A stretch of 64,000 nt of DNA from Candidatus Latescibacterota bacterium. Lineage in GTDB: Bacteria > Latescibacterota > UBA2968 > GCA-2709665. The notes under the pieces were generated by a model. It made no database searches, had not been told where the DNA came from, and was given only the letters and a program-made list of their open reading frames with translations. The position numbers and the translations under genes were made by a program. This document shows positions 58,732-64,000 of this stretch, piece after piece (position 1 is the stretch's first letter; each line of letters opens with the position of its first letter). The stretch lies in the NCBI GenBank assembly GCA_965205485.1, contig OZ242180.1, positions 5,061,461-5,125,460 of the forward strand, read 5' to 3'.

Positions 58732-59167
58732 CTAAGGCCTGCTTGTAGGCTTCCAGCTTTGCCTTGACGTCCGGATCGGTCTGCGCGACGATCTGCGCGG
58801 CCAGGACGGCGGCGTTTCGGGCGTTGTCGATGCCCACGCAGCCCACGGGCACCCCGGGCGGCATCTGCACGATCGCATAGAGCGAATCGATCCCGTTCAG
58901 CGCGCCTGAGGCAATCGGCACGCCGATAACCGGCAGCGTCGTGTGCGCCGCCATCACGCCCGGCAGCGCCGCCGCCAGTCCCGCCCCCGCGATAATCACT
59001 TTCAGTCCGCGCGCCTCGGCGGTGCGCCCGTACTCGCCCGTCCGATCGGGATTCCGATGCGCGGACGACACGGTCATCTCGTATGCGATCCCCAGTTCTT
59101 CCAGAACGGGGACTGCTTTCTGCATGATCGGTTCATCGGATTTGCTGCCCATGATTATGCCAACCAC
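58721..59167 (-). CDS. purE: N5-CAIR mutase / AIR carboxylase
   Basis: [45 protein letters not shown]. Confidence 0.96.
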   Translation of the reverse strand: MVGIIMGSKSDEPIMQKAVPVLEELGIAYEMTVSSAHRNPDRTGEYGRTAEARGLKVIIAGAGLAAALPGVMAAHTTLPVIGVPIASGALNGIDSLYAIVQMPPGVPVGCVGIDNARNAAVLAAQIVAQTDPDVKAKLEAYKQALAAR

Positions 59168-59242
59168 GACCCTGTTCCTCCTTTGTGATGGTTGAACGGT
59201 CTGCTACGGTATTGATGACGGATTTACCGCACCGTAATCGCC

Positions 59243-60523
59243 TCAGTTCCCCGCACGCGCCAGCGCGCGGTGTGCGATGTCCCTTCGGAAATACGCGTTT
59301 TCGAATTGAATCTTCCCGATCGCCTCGTATGCCCGATCGACGGAGGACTGGATGTTCTCACCGACGGCGGTGATCCCCAGGACCCGGCCGCCGTCCGTGA
59401 CCGTTGTCCCGCCATGCCGCGCCGTGCCGGCGTGAAACACGAGTACGTCGTCGCCGGCTTCCGTCTCCTCCAGCCCCGAAATCTCAATGCCCGTTTCGTA
59501 GGCTCCCGGATATCCGCCGGAAGCCAGTACAACGCATGTCGCGGCCCGGTCGTCCAGTTCGATCTCCAGGTCCCGGAGTGTGCCTTCGGACACGGCCTCC
59601 ATGATATCAACAAGGTCGGTCTTCAGCAGCGGCAGAACGACCTGCGCCTCCGGGTCGCCCAGCCTGCAGTTGAATTCGATGACCCTGGGTCCGCTTTCGG
59701 TAATGATCAAGCCGCCATAGAGAATACCCTTGTACGGCCGCCCTTCGGCGGCGAGCGCCTTCACCGTGGGCAGCATCACGCGCTCCAGAATCTCCTTCTG
59801 CATTTCCCGCGTCACCACGGGGGCCGGCGCGTAGGCGCCCATGCCGCCTGTATTCGGACCGGTATCGCCCTCCCCGATGGTCTTGTGGTCCTGGGACGGT
59901 ACGATGCACACCACGTGTTCCCCGTCGGTAAACCCGGTAATCGAAGCTTCCTCTCCGTCGAGGAATTCCATCAGCACCAGCTTCTCTCCGGCGGCGCCGA
60001 ACTCCCGGTCCACGAGCACCCGGTCCACGGCCCGCAGCGCCTCATCCACCGTATGGCACACCAGCGCACCCTTGCCGGCGGCCAGACCCGATGCCTTCAT
60101 GACCACCGGCGCTCCCCAGTCCCGCACGAACCCGCGCGCGTTGTCCGGGTCCGTAAATGTCCGATATTGGCCCGTGGGAATGCCGTACTTGTGCATCAGG
60201 CGAAGCGCGAAGTCCTTATCGGCCTCGATCTGGGCCGCCATTTGGGACGGTCCGAACACCCGAAGCCCCACCGCCTCGAACCGGTCCGCAAGCCCGTTTG
60301 CAAGCGGGTCTTCGGGGCCGACGACCGTTAAATCGACGCGTTCCCGCTGCGCGAAATCCACGAGGCCGTCCAGGTCGTCGACGCCGATATCCACGCAGGC
60401 GGCGTGTCTGGCCATTCCCGGGTTACCGGGCGCGGCATAGATGCGGCTCACCCTCGGACTCCGGGAGATCTTCCACGCAAACGCGTGCTCGCGGCCCCCC
60501 TTTCCCACGATCAACACTTTCAT
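59243..60523 (-). CDS. purD: Phosphoribosylamine--glycine ligase
   Basis: GKGGREHA, APGN, VGPEDPL, GLAAGKG, QDHK, GPNTGGMGAY, EFNCRLGDPE. Confidence 0.97.
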   Translation of the reverse strand: MKVLIVGKGGREHAFAWKISRSPRVSRIYAAPGNPGMARHAACVDIGVDDLDGLVDFAQRERVDLTVVGPEDPLANGLADRFEAVGLRVFGPSQMAAQIEADKDFALRLMHKYGIPTGQYRTFTDPDNARGFVRDWGAPVVMKASGLAAGKGALVCHTVDEALRAVDRVLVDREFGAAGEKLVLMEFLDGEEASITGFTDGEHVVCIVPSQDHKTIGEGDTGPNTGGMGAYAPAPVVTREMQKEILERVMLPTVKALAAEGRPYKGILYGGLIITESGPRVIEFNCRLGDPEAQVVLPLLKTDLVDIMEAVSEGTLRDLEIELDDRAATCVVLASGGYPGAYETGIEISGLEETEAGDDVLVFHAGTARHGGTTVTDGGRVLGITAVGENIQSSVDRAYEAIGKIQFENAYFRRDIAHRALARAGN

Positions 60524-60563
60524 CTGTACGGAACCCCCGTATTGGAGTCTTAAGATACTGTTC

Positions 60564-61310
60564 CTATTCCAACTCGTCGTCGGAACCATGCGCGATCACC
60601 GTGCCCAGGTCCTCGCCCTCCAGAATCCGCCGCATGGTCCAAGTCCTGGTCCCGCGTTTGTCAAAATCGAAGACATGGATGGGGAGCCGGTTGTCCCGGG
60701 CGAGAATCACCGCGGACTGGTCCAGCGCGCCCAGGTTTTCCCGGACGACGGTGTCGTAGCCGACGCTGCGATACAACCGCGCATTTGGACTCCTGTTCGG
60801 GTCGTCGGTATAGACGCCGGCGGTCTTGTGTTTTGCGAAGAGAATGGCATCGGCCCGGATTTCGAGGGCCCGCTGCACGCCGGGATAGTCCGTTGTTACG
60901 TACGGATTGCCGATGCCACCAGCAAAGATGACGACATATCCCTTTTCGATATGATGGATGGCGCGCAGCCGGATGAACGGTTCGGCGACCGCGTTGATGG
61001 GAATCGCCGTCATCACGCGTACTTCGGCGTCGCTCCTGGCGGTCATCACGCCACGCAACATCAGGCTGTTGACGATGGTACCGAGCATTCCGATGTTGTG
61101 AGCCTCCGACTCTTCGATGCCCCACTGCGCGCCAAGCATCCCTCGGAAGATGTTTCCTCCGCCGATGACGACGCCAACGCCGACACCCAGCCTGTGAACG
61201 GCGAGGATTTCATCCGCAATGTACTCCAGCGCAACCGGGTCAAAACCGAATTCCCGGTCGCCCGCCACGGCCGCGCCGCTCAACTTAAGCACAATCCGCC
61301 TGTATCTCAT
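60564..61310 (-). CDS. pyrH: UMP kinase, atypical paralog-type sequence
   Basis: RIVLKLSG, GGGNIFRG, GMLGT, GNPYVTTD, GVYTDDP, GTVI. Confidence 0.85.
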   Translation of the reverse strand: MRYRRIVLKLSGAAVAGDREFGFDPVALEYIADEILAVHRLGVGVGVVIGGGNIFRGMLGAQWGIEESEAHNIGMLGTIVNSLMLRGVMTARSDAEVRVMTAIPINAVAEPFIRLRAIHHIEKGYVVIFAGGIGNPYVTTDYPGVQRALEIRADAILFAKHKTAGVYTDDPNRSPNARLYRSVGYDTVVRENLGALDQSAVILARDNRLPIHVFDFDKRGTRTWTMRRILEGEDLGTVIAHGSDDELE

Positions 61311-61502
61311 TTTTCTGATTGACTCCGGGGTACCGTTGGGAAGAAGAAAAAGGGGCAATGGCCGCGGGAGGAAGAGATCCGGCATGCGACTCGACTGCCG
61401 AATTCCGGCAACTGATGTCCGGGACGGAACACGATTCCCGACGGGGATATCGGGAGCATGGGATATGCCGCGGAACGGCACCGTCCTGCGAGCCGTAACG
61501 GT

Positions 61503-61532
61503 AAAATACGGACGGGCCGCGCTGTGTGTCAA
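61503..61532 (-). promoter_or_regulatory. Promoter candidate for pyrH-purD-purE
   Basis: TTGACA-18 nt-TATTTT. Confidence 0.4.
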
Positions 61533-61882
61533 CGAAATTAAACCCCTCCCGGATTGCGCGGAACGCCGCGCCGGGATCGGGTACGCTACGGCGTGTCGTT
61601 CGGACGGCATTCACGGGAGTCTGAAGACCGGAATCCGTGGGTTTTCAGCTTGTCTGCAAGGAACCCGTCCGAGAGACAAGCAGTGGGTTTTTCTCTTTCC
61701 TATTTCACGTGCTTGCGTTAACTTGACTCGCCGTTGGAAACAAAGCGGCGGGAACGACCTGACCTGTTCAATTTTCCCGAAGTGTGTGTACAAGTCGTTA
61801 ATTATTAATCGTTTTATCAGGTGCTTCCAGATATTCAACTCTTTCCGGTCCTATCTCGAACACATCCCTCGATGGAGGTGAC

Positions 61883-62689
61883 ATGCCGCCCCGCAAAGTT
61901 CTCGTCACCGGCGTATACGGACTGATCCCGGGCGCCATTTACGAGCATCTCGCCCAGTCGCCCGACGTATACGACACCTATGCACTCGCACGAAGGCGCT
62001 ATCCTTCCGACCGGGCGCCCGACGGGCGGGTGCTCGACATCCCGGACGACAGATTCCACCTCGCCGATCTCGCGGACATGGACGCCATGCGAAACGCGGT
62101 CGACGGCATGGACACCGTCGTCCAGATGGCCGCCGATCCACGGCCTGAAGCCGGTTGGGACAACATACTCAACAGCAACGTGATCGGCGCCTATAACGTC
62201 TTCGAAGCCTGCCGCCTCGCGGGCGTCAGGCGGATTATCTACGCCAGCTCCATCATGACCAACTGGGGCTATCAGACCGAAGAACCCTACAGGGCCATCA
62301 AAGAATGCCGGTACAACGACATTCCCGATCCCATTCCCATCGTCACGCACAGACACCCCACCTGGCCCACGGAACCCTATTCCGCCAGCAAGGTCTGGGG
62401 TGAAGCCCTGTGCCGATTCTACTCGGACTCACACGGGCTCTCGTGCATCTCGCTGCGCATCGGGGCGGTCAACGCCGAAGACCGGCCGGCCAGTCCCGAA
62501 CTCTCCGCCGTCTGGTGCAGCCAGCGCGACGTCGTGAAGATCACCGAAGACTGTATCAATGCGCCTGACGATCTCCGTTTCGATATCTTCTACAGCATTT
62601 CCAACAACAAATACTGCTGGGTGGATATGGGCCACGCCAGGGAGGTGCTCGGTTTCGTCCCGCGGGACCGCGCGGAAGATTATATCTGA
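61883..62689 (+). CDS. NAD-dependent epimerase/dehydratase (uronate dehydrogenase-like extended SDR)
   Basis: VLVTGVYGLI, NVIGAYNVFEA, YASS, YSASK, LRIG. GGAGGTGA RBS. Confidence 0.88.
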   Translation: MPPRKVLVTGVYGLIPGAIYEHLAQSPDVYDTYALARRRYPSDRAPDGRVLDIPDDRFHLADLADMDAMRNAVDGMDTVVQMAADPRPEAGWDNILNSNVIGAYNVFEACRLAGVRRIIYASSIMTNWGYQTEEPYRAIKECRYNDIPDPIPIVTHRHPTWPTEPYSASKVWGEALCRFYSDSHGLSCISLRIGAVNAEDRPASPELSAVWCSQRDVVKITEDCINAPDDLRFDIFYSISNNKYCWVDMGHAREVLGFVPRDRAEDYI

Positions 62690-62707
62690 AAAAAGCTGAT
62701 TGAGAAA

Positions 62708-62747
62708 ACTGCGAGACTGCGAGACTACGAAACTGCGAGAATACGAA
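62708..62747. repeat. Five tandem imperfect 8-mers (ACTGCGAG)
   Basis: ACTGCGAG ACTGCGAG ACTACGAA ACTGCGAG AATACGAA. Confidence 0.8.
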
Positions 62748-62810
62748 AAACCCGTGGCTGATATCGCCAGGCCGCGCGTTGATCGCGGACACACTTGAGG
62801 AATCCATTCC

Positions 62811-64000
62811 ATGGCCACGCTGCGGATGGCGGTTGCCGGTGTCGGCGTCGAAGCCGGCTCCCGCGCCAGAGGCTACCTTGCAACGATAAAGAAACTTTCG
62901 CACCTGTACGACCTCTGCGCCATCTGTGACGCCCGTGAAGCGGCCCTGCACGCGGCGGGTGAGTTGTTCGACGTTCCGGCGCGCTATACGTGCATCGAAT
63001 CATTGCTGAAGGAACAGAAGCCGGATGTCTTTTTCGTCCTGCTCCCCACCGACGGCCAGACGGTGGCGGCGCTTGCGGGCATCGAACACGGTTGTCACAT
63101 CATTACCGAAATTCCCTACGCGCTTACGCTGGACATGGGTGACGCCGTCGCCCGCGCGGCAAGCGGGAAGGGTCTGAAATGGGAAGTCGCCGAGAACGTC
63201 TGGCTCTGGCCCAACGAGCAACTCAAACAGAAAATCGCGCGCGCCGGCGTCCTGGGAAGGCTCACCCACGCGCGTCTCCGGTATCCGGCGGGCAGTTACC
63301 ACGGCCTGAACGCCGTCCGCATGATTCTGGACAGCAAGCCTCAACGCGCGATGGGCTACGCCAAGGCCGTCGAGGTCCCGCCCTACAGAAACTACGGCGG
63401 TGGAGACGAAAAAACCCGCTGGTGGGAAAGCGGCGTGATCGAATTCGAGAACGACGTGGCGTGCATCTACGAAATGCCCACCACACCCGGCGCGGCGTCC
63501 GGTATGAATTGGGACATAGAAGCGGTCAACGGCTACCTGTCCGGCAGCGAACTGACCCTCTACGGTTCCGCCGGGCGCAACGCCTACCCCATCCGGGAAA
63601 TCCACGAAGTATTCGACGGCGAACGGGTCCTCGCCAGGGTACAGGTGGACACGGACCCGCCAATCGCCTGGGAAAACCCCTACAAACAGTACAGGATTTC
63701 CAGCCAGGACGACGTGGCCAAAGCCGCCATCATGGAGAGTCTCCACACGGCCGTCACTCGGAACGCCAGTCCCCGGTACGGTGCGGAGGGCGGACGGCTG
63801 GACTATGAAATGTGGGTGGCGCTGCGCGAGAGCGCCGAAACCGGAGGCGGTTGGGTTGACATCCCGCTGAACGCGACCACGGGCCTGGAAGAGCGCATAC
63901 GCGCCGAATTCAACCGGTATTACGGCGGCGACCCCGTGGCCGACGCCAATGGATTGCTCAACGCTTCCTACGGCCGCCTCAGCGCGATGTGGACCGTTGC
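62811..64000 (+). CDS. Gfo/Idh/MocA family oxidoreductase (truncated by window end)
   Basis: Manual translation: MATLRMAVAGVG...AICD...KPDVFFVLLPTDG...ITEIP...EVAENV...YHGLNA. Appears open to the window end. Confidence 0.85.
   Translation, partial: MATLRMAVAGVGVEAGSRARGYLATIKKLSHLYDLCAICDAREAALHAAGELFDVPARYTCIESLLKEQKPDVFFVLLPTDGQTVAALAGIEHGCHIITEIPYALTLDMGDAVARAASGKGLKWEVAENVWLWPNEQLKQKIARAGVLGRLTHARLRYPAGSYHGLNAVRMILDSKPQRAMGYAKAVEVPPYRNYGGGDEKTRWWESGVIEFENDVACIYEMPTTPGAASGMNWDIEAVNGYLSGSELTLYGSAGRNAYPIREIHEVFDGERVLARVQVDTDPPIAWENPYKQYRISSQDDVAKAAIMESLHTAVTRNASPRYGAEGGRLDYEMWVALRESAETGGGWVDIPLNATTGLEERIRAEFNRYYGGDPVADANGLLNASYGRLSAMWTV

Noticed and set aside
61788..61816. AT-rich quasi-palindrome (CAAGTCGTTAATTATTAATCG) as an att or dif site
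   Set aside because: No recombinase, tRNA or second copy in the window, and a poor match to the dif consensus.
62708..62747. CRISPR array
   Set aside because: Units are 8 bp with no spacers, and there are no cas genes in the window.

Overview
GC-rich bacterial chromosomal window, densely coding with about 50 CDSs. I saw no rRNA, tRNA, CRISPR array, prophage or intact transposase. Housekeeping genes include rarA, hflX, dut, ispH, dapA, dapB, GTP-PEPCK, purD, purE, an atypical UMP kinase, Mrp/ApbC, a bactofilin and an RND-MFP-TolC set. These alternate with catabolic clusters of unknown substrate (Gfo/Idh/MocA oxidoreductases, enolase-superfamily enzymes, M14/M16/M20/M42 peptidases, DUF3604, GGT). 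Gene content suggests an FCB-related candidate phylum such as Latescibacterota (inference only). Non-coding highlights are a complete lysine riboswitch, two MITE families that sit on stop codons, nested REP-like inverted repeats, several near-consensus sigma70 promoters and a candidate leader-peptide attenuator. Best leads: an M28/DUF4910-like peptidase fused to an AAC(3)-family acetyltransferase inside a four-gene amine-handling cluster; PEPCK inside a lysine-riboswitch dapA-dapB operon; an RND permease with a large extra membrane insertion; and a PolX with a degenerate polymerase site. All functional calls come from motif recognition by eye, with no database searches, and coordinates were counted by hand.
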